A stretch of DNA of 64,000 nt from Pseudomonadota bacterium (GCA_040756015.1 JBFMAC010000001.1:150475-214474); one strand, 5' to 3'; positions 9,228 to 17,681 are shown, counted from the stretch's first letter. Notes: generated by a model not told the origin, from the letters alone. Numbers and translations are program-made.

Positions 9228-9623
9228 TCACTGGGTGGCTGCATCGCCGGTCGCACTGCGGGTCGGCTGCTGTTGGTGGAAGGCATGCACCCGTGCGCGC
9301 CAGGTGGCGCAGCGCTGCGGCGCCATGTTCAGATAGCGCAGCGGGCACGAGTAGTAGTACGGGTGCTCGGCCTCGACCAGGGACTTGTAGCCCCATTCGC
9401 GGCCCTCGCTTTCCAACAGATGGCAGCCGATCAAGGTGGCCGACTCGCCGGGCGCGAGACCCAGAACGCCGGCCTGCTTGGCGGTGATGCGCACCACCGT
9501 CCACAATACGTTGCTGACCAGCGTGTGGTCGATGACCTCAATGCGGGACCGCTCGGTGTCCTCGGTTGCGGTCAGCTCGCGGATCAACTGATCGCGCGTC
9601 ATACGAACGAATGTCCAGCCCAT
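9228..9623 (-). CDS. hypothetical ICE protein
   Basis: 131 aa from ATG 9621-9623 (AGGAG SD), reading MGWTFVRMTRDQL...HPYYYSCPLRYL. The long ORF-track N-terminus is Arg/Pro/Ser-rich and overlaps the next gene. Confidence 0.6.
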   Translation of the reverse strand: MGWTFVRMTRDQLIRELTATEDTERSRIEVIDHTLVSNVLWTVVRITAKQAGVLGLAPGESATLIGCHLLESEGREWGYKSLVEAEHPYYYSCPLRYLNMAPQRCATWRARVHAFHQQQPTRSATGDAATQ

Positions 9624-9732
9624 GGAATGGCTCCTGTGAAAAGGGCCGGAGTCCTCCCGCCGGGGAAGGAGCCCCGGCGGGTGGTGAAAGCCGCACGAAT
9701 GCGGCGTAGAGCGGCGTGGAACCGCGGTCGGC

Positions 9733-10362
9733 TCAGACCCTGGCGAGGTGCCAGTCCTGGGACAGCGGAGCGAACTCGTAGCCCAGGTCGCCGAGGCGGT
9801 CGCGCTGCTGACGCAGCACGCGCCGATCCACGGTGGCATCGAGCTTGACGGGATCGCCCAGCGGCCAGAGTGGGCCGAACAGCGCCGCGTCGTCGGCGTC
9901 GTCCGCCTGGGCCAAAGCCTCGGTAGACGCAGCAGCCGGCTCATTGCCGAACGGCGTGGTATCGACCAGCGGGTCGCGCGAACTGCGCGCCTTCTTCCGG
10001 CCGGCCGCCTTGGGGGCGGTCGTCGGCGTCGGCGCGGGAGCTTGTGCTTCCTCGTCGATCGGATCGACTTCCTGCGGACTCAGCCGGCTGGCGTCGTCGC
10101 GGCTCAGGGCGTCGATGGCTGACAAGGTCATGCCGCCCAGCAAGGCGCGGATCTCGATGACCATGCGGCCGTTGGCGGTGTACGTGGACGGGCGAATCTC
10201 CGCGATGGCGAAATCGCCCTCGTACTTGCCTTCGGTGTACTGATCGAGTTCGGCGCTCTTCACGACGAACTCGCCGATGGAGGTCGCGAGGCGGCCGACG
10301 TTGAAGTCGCCGTTGCGGCCGTGGATGGTCTTGATGGCCAATTGGCCGGGAATGGTGATCAT
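9733..10362 (-). CDS. DUF3275 family protein
   Basis: 209 aa. The N-terminus MITIPGQLAIKTIHGRNGDFNVGRLATSIGEFVVK...YEGDF matches my memory of DUF3275. Confidence 0.75.
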   Translation of the reverse strand: MITIPGQLAIKTIHGRNGDFNVGRLATSIGEFVVKSAELDQYTEGKYEGDFAIAEIRPSTYTANGRMVIEIRALLGGMTLSAIDALSRDDASRLSPQEVDPIDEEAQAPAPTPTTAPKAAGRKKARSSRDPLVDTTPFGNEPAAASTEALAQADDADDAALFGPLWPLGDPVKLDATVDRRVLRQQRDRLGDLGYEFAPLSQDWHLARV

Positions 10363-10433
10363 GAAGAACTCCTGCGGACGAAGCTGCGATCGCGCACACG
10401 GCCGTCATGGCGACGGTCAGGTGCGGATGCAAG

Positions 10434-10468
10434 TGAGAAGAAGACAAGGCCCCGAGGAACGGGGCCTT
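10434..10468 (-). terminator. rho-independent terminator after the DUF3577 gene
   Basis: Minus strand reads AAGGCCCCG-ttcct-CGGGGCCTT then GTCTTCTTCTC. Confidence 0.65.
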
Positions 10469-10473
10469 GCGGA

Positions 10474-11022
10474 TCAGAACGACTCGGCAACTTCCAATGC
10501 GGGGGCATCGGCAGCGGCTTCATCGGCAGCTTCGGCGGCGGGCTCGGACGCAGCGGCTTGCGGTTCGGCGGAAGTCTTGAGGACATCCGTGTCGCGCACG
10601 TCGCTTTCGTCGCGGTCTTCAGTCGGCTTGGGCTCGGCCTTGTAGACGAGCTTGCCGTCGACCTTGATCCAACTGACGAACAGCAGGCGGGCTTTGAAGC
10701 TCACCCCCTGCTCACCGGCACGCTTGCCCTTGGAGTAGGTGAAGGTGTCGGCCCACAGGTCGCCCAGACGGAAGCCGATCATCACCTTCTTCTCGGCATC
10801 GACCGCTTGGATGCAGCGGCGCACCAGGTGCTGCGCTTCGGAGCCGGAAACGCGCGTGTCGAAACGCACGTAAGCCACGTCATCGCTGGGGCCGTTGAGT
10901 GCCGCGATGTCGCAGGCCAGGAACGCATCGCCTTTCTTGGGCTTCACTTCGCGGATACGATTGAGATACCCGAGGCCGGTGATGTGCAGGTCGAAGTAGG
11001 ACTTGTCGGTGGAAGTGGTCAT
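10474..11022 (-). CDS. DUF3577 family protein
   Basis: 182 aa from ATG 11020-11022 (CAGGAG SD). YFDLHITGLGYLNRIREVKPKKGDAFLACDIAAL is typical of DUF3577. Has an acidic Ala/Glu-rich tail. Confidence 0.75.
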   Translation of the reverse strand: MTTSTDKSYFDLHITGLGYLNRIREVKPKKGDAFLACDIAALNGPSDDVAYVRFDTRVSGSEAQHLVRRCIQAVDAEKKVMIGFRLGDLWADTFTYSKGKRAGEQGVSFKARLLFVSWIKVDGKLVYKAEPKPTEDRDESDVRDTDVLKTSAEPQAAASEPAAEAADEAAADAPALEVAESF

Positions 11023-11180
11023 GGTGAATCTCCTGAGAACAAAGAGGCGGAGACACACCCGACCCAAGGCGGGGAAGGTGTGGAACCCCCGCGTGGGTTG
11101 AAGGAACAGCTTGGGTGGCATCACCATCGGGAGAGCCGATGGTCGTTCGCGCTGGGATGCCGGTGCGAACTGGTTGATCA

Positions 11181-11259
11181 ATGCGGTCGGAACCGCATCG
11201 CAGTCTTGAAGATCGAGACTGCCTGGGCATGCTGCTGACGGGCGTCAGCGGAACATGCC
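11181..11259 (-). promoter_or_regulatory. three-hairpin conserved leader element, copy B
   Basis: Plus strand: ATGCGG-tcggaa-CCGCAT c GCAGTC-ttgaagatcga-GACTGC ctgggCATG ct GCTGAC-gggc-GTCAGC ggaa CATGCC. Lies 159 nt upstream of ATG 11022. Confidence 0.6.
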
Positions 11260-11352
11260 TGCAGCGTGGCGCCAGACCCGCGCCCGCGCGAGTGGCAATC
11301 GGCACCGGCGGCCGTCCGCATTGCTGGCTGGCGTGAGTTGAGGGGCCGCCCG

Positions 11353-11381
11353 GAAAAGAGAAAAGCCCCCGTGAGGGGGCT
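11353..11381 (-). terminator. rho-independent terminator after the DUF3085 gene
   Basis: Minus strand reads AGCCCCC-tcac-GGGGGCT then TTTCTCTTTTCC. Confidence 0.75.
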
Positions 11382-11395
11382 GGAAAGCAGGACGA

Positions 11396-11761
11396 TCAGT
11401 GGCCGACCGGCGCAGCGGGCACCGGCTGCATCGACAGGTGCGTGGCCGTGGCCGACACTTCGAGGTCGTCCTCGCTGTGCAGGATGCGGGCGAACATCCG
11501 TTCCTGCAGGTCGAAGAACTCGCCGAAGTCGTCGCCGCCGAACTCGGCGCGCGCCAGTTCCCACCAGTCATCGAACGCATCGACGTCGGGGTTGCAACCC
11601 ACGGCGTAGGCGATGGTCTTGCGCCGCCCATCGGGCCGGCTCTCGCCGCGCTCGGCCATGAAATACACGCCCTGGTCCTTGACCAGGATGACGCGGCACT
11701 GGTTAGCCGCTGCCTCGGCGAGCACGGGCCGAAGCGCGGTGCCTTTGAATCGAACAGTCAT
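11396..11761 (-). CDS. DUF3085 family protein
   Basis: 121 aa from ATG 11759-11761 (GGAG SD), reading MTVRFKGTALRPVLAEA...VILVKDQGVYFMA... Confidence 0.65.
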   Translation of the reverse strand: MTVRFKGTALRPVLAEAAANQCRVILVKDQGVYFMAERGESRPDGRRKTIAYAVGCNPDVDAFDDWWELARAEFGGDDFGEFFDLQERMFARILHSEDDLEVSATATHLSMQPVPAAPVGH

Positions 11762-11838
11762 GGAAGTGATCTCCAACGGGGAATGCGAAGAAGGCTTCCC
11801 GCCGCGAGGACGGGAAGCCGCTGGGGGACGTGAGGGGA

Positions 11839-12636
11839 TCAGTGCTGGACGGGCTTGCGACCGGACAGACGCTGCACGCGGATGAGGCGCCAGCTCCCGT
11901 CGTCGATCAGCCGCTCCAGCACCTGGCCCAAGGAGTCGAAGAACACTTCATCGACTCGCTCGACCGGTTCGCCGTCGCGGTGCAGTTCCACCGCGTAGGT
12001 GTCGACGCCGCGTTCGTAGAGCACGGTGACGCGCCCCTGGAACTTCGCCGAAGCAACGGTGAAGCCAATGGCCGGCGGCGTGGCGATGATGTTGCCGGGG
12101 CTCGGATCGACCACCGTGAAGTCCCGCGCGCCGGCATCCACCAGCAAGTGCGTGATGCGCCGGAAGCCATCGGGCGCGGGCAACTGCTCCAGTTGGCGGA
12201 CCAGCTCCTGCAACTCGGGGCACTGCGGCTCGGCGATCGGCAGCTTGGCCGGAGCCGAACCCAGGATGAGCCGCTTCACCGTGTAGGCTTGGCCGCCAGC
12301 GGTGAACTCGGTGCTTTCTTCGGGCGTGTCCGCGCGCAGGCCGTCGAAGCGGCGCCGCGCGTAGGGTGCTACCTGCACCTTGGCGCCTTCGTCGGGCACG
12401 TCGGTGACGAGCGCCTTGTCGAGCACAGCGAACTCGGCCCGCCCCGTCTTGACGACGATGGCCTCATCGGTGGTGGCGATGACCTTGCCCTCGAAGGGCT
12501 TGGGATCGACGTGGAAGCCAAGCGCTGAAACCTTGGGCTGGCCGTCGAAGATGTTGAACTTGAAGCTGCGGACGTTGGAAGGCACGTGGCCGCGAACCAG
12601 CGTCGGCATTTGTGCGCGGATGGCTTGGGTATCCAT
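11839..12636 (-). CDS. hypothetical ICE protein
   Basis: 265 aa from ATG 12634-12636 (AAGGAG SD). The ORF-track N-terminal extension covers the leader and element C and is not credible. Confidence 0.6.
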   Translation of the reverse strand: MDTQAIRAQMPTLVRGHVPSNVRSFKFNIFDGQPKVSALGFHVDPKPFEGKVIATTDEAIVVKTGRAEFAVLDKALVTDVPDEGAKVQVAPYARRRFDGLRADTPEESTEFTAGGQAYTVKRLILGSAPAKLPIAEPQCPELQELVRQLEQLPAPDGFRRITHLLVDAGARDFTVVDPSPGNIIATPPAIGFTVASAKFQGRVTVLYERGVDTYAVELHRDGEPVERVDEVFFDSLGQVLERLIDDGSWRLIRVQRLSGRKPVQH

Positions 12637-12748
12637 GGGAAAGCTCCTTGTGGCAAACCAAGGAACTTCCGCCCACAATGGAGGCATGTCCCTTGGGGGT
12701 GAGGTGGATGGACGCGACATGCGCCCGGAGAAGGATGAACAACCAGCA

Positions 12749-12820
12749 CGGCGAACCGCGCCGCAGCCTCGAAGGTCTCGGCTGCCTGGGCATGCTTGCC
12801 GGCAACGCCAGCGAACATGC
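12749..12820 (-). promoter_or_regulatory. three-hairpin conserved leader element, copy C
   Basis: Plus strand: CGGCG-aaccg-CGCC GCAGCC-tcgaaggtctc-GGCTGC ctgggCATG ctt GCCGGC-aac-GCCAGC gaa CATGC. Lies 113 nt upstream of ATG 12636. Confidence 0.6.
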
Positions 12821-12890
12821 GAGCAGCGTGCGTCAGGCGCAGGCCGGCGTCGCACAGGAATCGGCATTGCGCCGCCACCGGCTTGGGCCA

Positions 12891-12917
12891 GAAATGAAAC
12901 GAGCCCCGCGGGGGCTC
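12891..12917 (-). terminator. rho-independent terminator after the 12929-13645 gene
   Basis: Minus strand reads GAGCCCC-cgc-GGGGCTC then GTTTCATTTC. Confidence 0.7.
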
Positions 12918-12928
12918 GAAAGGTGGTG

Positions 12929-13645
12929 TCACTCGTCGTAGATCGTCAATCCGTCCAGCACTTGCGCATCGGCATCGAAGACCAGCATACGCACGTCGGC
13001 GAGCGCGGCCAGGTGCAGTACCTGCACCAGGGATTCCGGCATGCCCTTCTTGCGGTGCTCCTGCATCAGCCGCTTGGCCGTGATGCCTTCGACTGCGCGC
13101 AGGTTCTCGTCGGTCCAGGGCGTGGCGATCAGCTTCAACCCGATGGCCGGGCTGTACGGGATACGGAAGGCGATGAACAGGAACAGCGTCGGCGTGGCGA
13201 TGTCGGCCAGCTCGGCGAGGAAGCGATGCGCCTCGGCGTCGAGGTGCGCGCTGCTGATCTCCCAGCATCGGCTGTAGAAGCCGGTTTCATAGCGCAAGCG
13301 GCGCACCACATCGCGGGCTGCTTCCTCGGAGTAGGTATCGCCCACGTGCAGCGGCTTGCCCTCTTCCTCGGCCATCACAGCGTAGACCACGTTGCGGGCA
13401 AGCCCGTGGCTGCGGCATTGCGCCTGCAGTTCATCGGGAACCGCCTGGTCTTCGGTGATCAGGACGAAGTCGTCCGAAAAGATACAGGCCCGCCGTTCGA
13501 CCTGGCTGTCCGGCAGATGCGACTGCGAGGGATGCAGCGGCAGGTAGGTCAGCGGGCAATCGTCGTCGTAGGAGACGGCGAGCAGCCGCTGGACGGACAG
13601 GCCGTCGTAGCCGCGGACAAAGGGATTGTTGTTCGAGTAGGACAT
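12929..13645 (-). CDS. hypothetical ICE protein
   Basis: 238 aa from ATG 13643-13645 (GGAGAAA SD), reading MSYSNNNPFVRGYDG... The 413-aa ORF-track version is an Arg/Pro-rich artefact upstream of this start. Confidence 0.6.
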   Translation of the reverse strand: MSYSNNNPFVRGYDGLSVQRLLAVSYDDDCPLTYLPLHPSQSHLPDSQVERRACIFSDDFVLITEDQAVPDELQAQCRSHGLARNVVYAVMAEEEGKPLHVGDTYSEEAARDVVRRLRYETGFYSRCWEISSAHLDAEAHRFLAELADIATPTLFLFIAFRIPYSPAIGLKLIATPWTDENLRAVEGITAKRLMQEHRKKGMPESLVQVLHLAALADVRMLVFDADAQVLDGLTIYDE

Positions 13646-13791
13646 GGGATTTCTCCAGCAGAGGATGGCCGAGGCAATCCCCTGCTGGGGATTGAACCCC
13701 AGCGGGTGGAAAAACGTGAAGCAGCGGCCCGCCGGTGAGCGGCGGGAGAAACTGCCGTTCGATTTGGGCGGGCGTGCCCGGAGAAGAAAGA

Positions 13792-13822
13792 GGGACATGG
13801 CCGCGGGTGCGGCGCATGTCCC
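13792..13822 (-). terminator. terminator-like hairpin after the 13867-14259 gene
   Basis: Minus strand reads GGGACATG-c-GCCGC-accc-GCGGC-CATGTCCC then TCTTTCTTCTC. Confidence 0.55.
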
Positions 13823-13866
13823 TCGTTGGGGGCGAGGATGGAGGCGTTGGTGCGCCGCAGCGCAGC

Positions 13867-14259
13867 TCACCAGCCGTTGTAGTTCAGCGTTAGGTCGGCG
13901 ATGACCTTGCGCCGTTCCAGGTCGAGGCCGCCCAGGTCGGACAGACCCTCGAAGCCGCAACGCTTGAGCATCGCGCCGCCCTCGCGGGCGTTGTAGAAGC
14001 TCACCATCGCGGACAGAAACATCCGCTGGCCGCTGCTCAGCACGCCGAGGGCGTCGTTGAGCATCAGCAGCTTCGGCCGCAGATCCCACTTGGTGGTGGC
14101 ACGCTGCAAGCCCTCGCGAGTTCCGTCGCCGAACTATTCGGTTCCGGCGATGTGGACGCCGCGTTTCCACGCCTCGAAGAAGGCTTGGGGCGCGGCGGCG
14201 AAGTGCTGGTGTTCCAGCTCGATCTGATCAAGTACCTCTTGAGGCAGGGCACGGTTCAT
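13867..14259 (-). pseudogene. small ICE gene interrupted by one in-frame TAG (or two tiny ORFs)
   Basis: ATG 14257-14259 (AGGAG SD) opens MNRALPQEVLDQIELEHQHFAAAPQAFFEAWKRGVHIAGTE. A TAG follows at 14134-14136. The same frame then continues FGDGTREGLQRATTKWDL...NYNGW to 13867. Confidence 0.5.
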
Positions 14260-14284
14260 GACATGGGCTCCTGGTGGTTGGACA

Positions 14285-14536
14285 TCACGGGTGGAGGCGC
14301 TGCTGCCAGCGGCCCGTTTGCAGGGCGTGCTCGGCGGCGTGGAGCGAGCGGAAGTAGCTGACCGACTCGCGCGAGACCGGGCCGTCCGCATCGGCGGTGC
14401 CGATGTAGTGACCGGCCGCGCTGCACAGCACCTGCAGGCGTAGGCGCTTGCCGACGTAGGCCAGGGCCTGGTAGCCGATGGATTCGGCGCGGGCCTGTTC
14501 AGCACTGAAAGGTGCCGATGCGAACGCAAGGGACAT
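14285..14536 (-). CDS. small hypothetical ICE protein
   Basis: 83 aa from ATG 14534-14536 (CAGGAG SD), reading MSLAFASAPFSAEQ...GHYIGTADADGPVSRESVSYF. Confidence 0.6.
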   Translation of the reverse strand: MSLAFASAPFSAEQARAESIGYQALAYVGKRLRLQVLCSAAGHYIGTADADGPVSRESVSYFRSLHAAEHALQTGRWQQRLHP

Positions 14537-14676
14537 GGTTTTCTCCTGGTGGTTGAAGACCGGGAGCACCACGCCCTGACGGGAGCGGAAGACTCCCGAG
14601 GGGTTGAACATCGAAAGCACCCGCGTCGTGGCGACGTGCGTCCGCGGTGGTCGGTGCGAAGCGGACTGGATCGGTC

Positions 14677-14753
14677 AACGCGGTGAAGCGCGTTGCAGCC
14701 TTGAAGACCGGGGCTGCCAGGGCATGGTGCTGACGACCGTCAGCGACACATGC
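14677..14753 (-). promoter_or_regulatory. three-hairpin conserved leader element, copy D
   Basis: Plus strand: AACGCG-gtgaag-CGCGTT GCAGCC-ttgaagaccgg-GGCTGC cagggCATG gt GCTGAC-gacc-GTCAGC gaca CATGC. Lies 141 nt upstream of ATG 14536. Confidence 0.6.
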
Positions 14754-15341
14754 GGGAAGGATGGAAGCGCGGCAGTGCGCCGTCGCCGATCAAACGGAAC
14801 CGCCCGCCGTCCGGTTTGGCCTGGGCGCTACCGCCCGCGGCGATGCACGATCCGTCTGCCCACGACAAAGGCGCCGAAGTCCAAAAGGACTTCGGCTGGA
14901 GAGGAACCAATCCACCTGTGGGCTGCAAGCAGGCCAGGCCGTCGTCAAAGCCATTCGCTGCGTCAGCAATCTCACCCGGCCCGTTTCGTGGCTGGGGCCG
15001 GCATCCTCTGGCATGTATCCACACACAAAGGGAACCCGTTGTTTCGCCGGCGGGCACCGGCACCGAATACCGTCGACCGCAAGCGGTCTCCTGGCACCTC
15101 GAAGCCTTGCGGGCCAAGGCGTCAGGAGATCGCTCGCGGATGGACGCAAGCACCTCGATCAACAGAACCGCGACAAGCGCGATTTGATGGAGCAATGACC
15201 TTCTCGTCCTGCAGCCGTGATCGGCCTGTGCAGGACGCGCACACCGTTGCAGAAGGGAACGCGCGCTGGGGAGTCCCGCGGGGCGCGGGAGGTTTGCCCC
15301 GCCGTCGGCAGCAGCCGGCGTGGCAGAGGGAGACGTGGGCG

Positions 15342-17384
15342 TCAGTTCGCCCTGGGGCGCCGACGCGGTGTGCCGGATGTGTGGCCGGAAGTACGGCTGG
15401 ACGGGCCGCGCTTGGCTGCCGCGGCGTCTTCGACCGGCTGCGTACCCTTGCAGTCCGGGTAACGGCTGCAAGACCAGAACGCGCCGCTCTTGCCGGTGCG
15501 TTGGCGCATCGGGGCGCCGCACTGCGGGCAGCTCGGTGCGGGCGGCAGCTTAATGGCGAGCGTGACGCCGCGGTACTGCTGCACGAGCTGGGCGACCCAG
15601 CTCGACTGCTTGGCGATGAAGGTGTCCAGCGTCATCTGGCCGGCCTCAATCATGTCCAGCGCCTGCTCCCACACCGCCGTGGTGCCGGGATCGGCGATGG
15701 CCGCCGGCACCGCGTCGATCAACGTGAAGGCCGCATCCGATGCGCGGATGGCGCGGCCTTTCTTCAAGAGATAGCCGCGGGCCAGCAGCCCGCTGATGAT
15801 GTTCGCACGCGTGGCCTCGGTGCCGATGCCGGTGGTGTCCTTGAGCTTCTGCTTCAGGCGCGGGTCGGTCACGAGCTTGGCGACGCCCTTCATGGCCTTG
15901 ACCAGCTCGCCCTGCGTGTATGGCTTGGGCGGCAGCGTCTTCAACGCCTTCAGTTCGACCTGGCCGACCTGGCAGGCGACACCAGCCTGCAGCGGCGGCA
16001 ACACCTGGCCGCGCTGCGCGTCCTCGCCATCACCGTCTTCGGGCTCCGGCACCGCCAGCACCTGGCGCCATCCGGCCACCGCGATCTGCTTGCCGACTGC
16101 GACCAGCGACTGCCCACCGCACATGAGCTGCGCCACCGTCCGGTCGAACTCGTGATGCGGCAGGAACTGTGCGAGGTAATGGGCGCGGATCAGCCGGTAG
16201 ACGGCCAGCTCCTTGTCGCTCATCGCCGAGAGGTTGGCCGGCTCCAGCGTGGGAATGATGCCGTGGTGCGCTGTGACCTTGCCGTCGTTCCAGGCCCGCG
16301 AACGCTGGTTGCGGTCCAGGCGGTCGATCAGTGGCCGCTGGCTGGGATCGGTCTTGACCAGGCTATCGAGCACGGCCGGCACCTCGGCTAGCATGCTCTC
16401 GGGCAAGTAGCCCGAATCCGAGCGCGGATACGTCGTTGCCTTGTGCGTCTCGTACAGCGCCTGGGCAATGTCCAGCGTTTCCTGCACGTCGAGGCCCAAC
16501 TGCTTGGAACACACCTCCTGCAAGGTGCCGAGGTCGAACGGCAGCGGCGGGCCTTCGCGCACGCGCTCGGTCTCCACCGACAGCACCTGGGCAGTGCCGC
16601 CCGCGCGCAGCCGTTCAGAGGCTTGCTGCGCCACCGGCTGCTGCAAGCAGCGGCCGGCGTCGTCGGTGCTGCCCTGTGGCGGCATCCAGTTGGCGACGAA
16701 GGACTGGCCCGCATGCGACAGCGCCACCTCGATGGCCCAGAACGGCACGGAGACGAAACGCGCGATCTCGCGATCACGGTCCACGACCAGCTTGAGCGTC
16801 GGCGTCTGCACCCGTCCGACCGACAGCACGCCGTTGTAGCCGGCCTGCCGGCCCAGCAGCGTGAACAGGCGGCTCAGGTTCATCCCGATCAGCCAGTCGG
16901 CGCGGGATCGGGCGAGCGCGGAGAAATACAGCGGCAGCGTCTCGGCCGATGGCTTGAGCGAACCCAACGCCTTGCGGATGGACGCATCGTTGAGCGCCGA
17001 CAGCCACAGTCGCTGGATCGGGCCGCGGTAGCCGCACAGCTCGACGATCTCGCGGGCGATCATCTCGCCCTCGCGATCAGCGTCGGTGGCGATCACCAGC
17101 TCGCCCGCCTTGGCGACGAGCTGCTGCACGACCTTGAACTGCGCCGCGGTCGCCGCCTTGGGCTCGACACGCCAGCGCTCGGGAAGAATGGGCAATTGCT
17201 CGATGGCCCAGCGCTTGTATTGCTCGCCGTAGCCTTCGGGCGGAACCGCCTCGACCAGATGTCCGATGCACCAGGTAACGACGACACCCGCACCGCTGTA
17301 GCAGCCGTTGCCGCGTTGGCCGGCGCCCAGCACACGGGCAATGTCCTTGCCCTGGGACGGCTTTTCGCACAGGAACACGCGCAT
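15342..17384 (-). CDS. topB: DNA topoisomerase III
   Basis: 680 aa with Toprim N-terminus MRVFLCEKPSQ, active-site region ATTYPRSDSGYLP, and a C-terminal Zn finger CPQCG...CSRYPDCKG. GGAGG SD. Confidence 0.92.
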   Translation of the reverse strand: MRVFLCEKPSQGKDIARVLGAGQRGNGCYSGAGVVVTWCIGHLVEAVPPEGYGEQYKRWAIEQLPILPERWRVEPKAATAAQFKVVQQLVAKAGELVIATDADREGEMIAREIVELCGYRGPIQRLWLSALNDASIRKALGSLKPSAETLPLYFSALARSRADWLIGMNLSRLFTLLGRQAGYNGVLSVGRVQTPTLKLVVDRDREIARFVSVPFWAIEVALSHAGQSFVANWMPPQGSTDDAGRCLQQPVAQQASERLRAGGTAQVLSVETERVREGPPLPFDLGTLQEVCSKQLGLDVQETLDIAQALYETHKATTYPRSDSGYLPESMLAEVPAVLDSLVKTDPSQRPLIDRLDRNQRSRAWNDGKVTAHHGIIPTLEPANLSAMSDKELAVYRLIRAHYLAQFLPHHEFDRTVAQLMCGGQSLVAVGKQIAVAGWRQVLAVPEPEDGDGEDAQRGQVLPPLQAGVACQVGQVELKALKTLPPKPYTQGELVKAMKGVAKLVTDPRLKQKLKDTTGIGTEATRANIISGLLARGYLLKKGRAIRASDAAFTLIDAVPAAIADPGTTAVWEQALDMIEAGQMTLDTFIAKQSSWVAQLVQQYRGVTLAIKLPPAPSCPQCGAPMRQRTGKSGAFWSCSRYPDCKGTQPVEDAAAAKRGPSSRTSGHTSGTPRRRPRAN

Positions 17385-17591
17385 GAAGCCTCCTTGGAAG
17401 TGTGCGGTTCATCGGATGGCCCTAGCTTGGCCGGGCCAGCGGATGACGGCAGCAAGGAAGCCGATTGGCACAGACACCGCTTTGTGATCCGCGTGCGATC
17501 CGCTGTCGCAGCAGTGCGCGCAGACCGCAACGGCTGGCGCAGCAGGAGCGTCGTTTCGAGAGAGCGGCTGGAACTCGGTGGAACACCCTGG

Positions 17592-17612
17592 AGCTATCCC
17601 CTGGGGATAGCT
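17592..17612. promoter_or_regulatory. perfect 21-bp palindrome AGCTATCCCCTGGGGATAGCT (copy 1)
   Basis: Lies in the ssb-topB intergenic region. Identical to the copy at 19607-19627. Confidence 0.6.
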
Positions 17613-17681
17613 GGTGCATGGCGGGCGTGTGACGGCTGCTACAGCCGCCCTCGGGCGACGCGGTGCCGGGCAATGGGGGAG

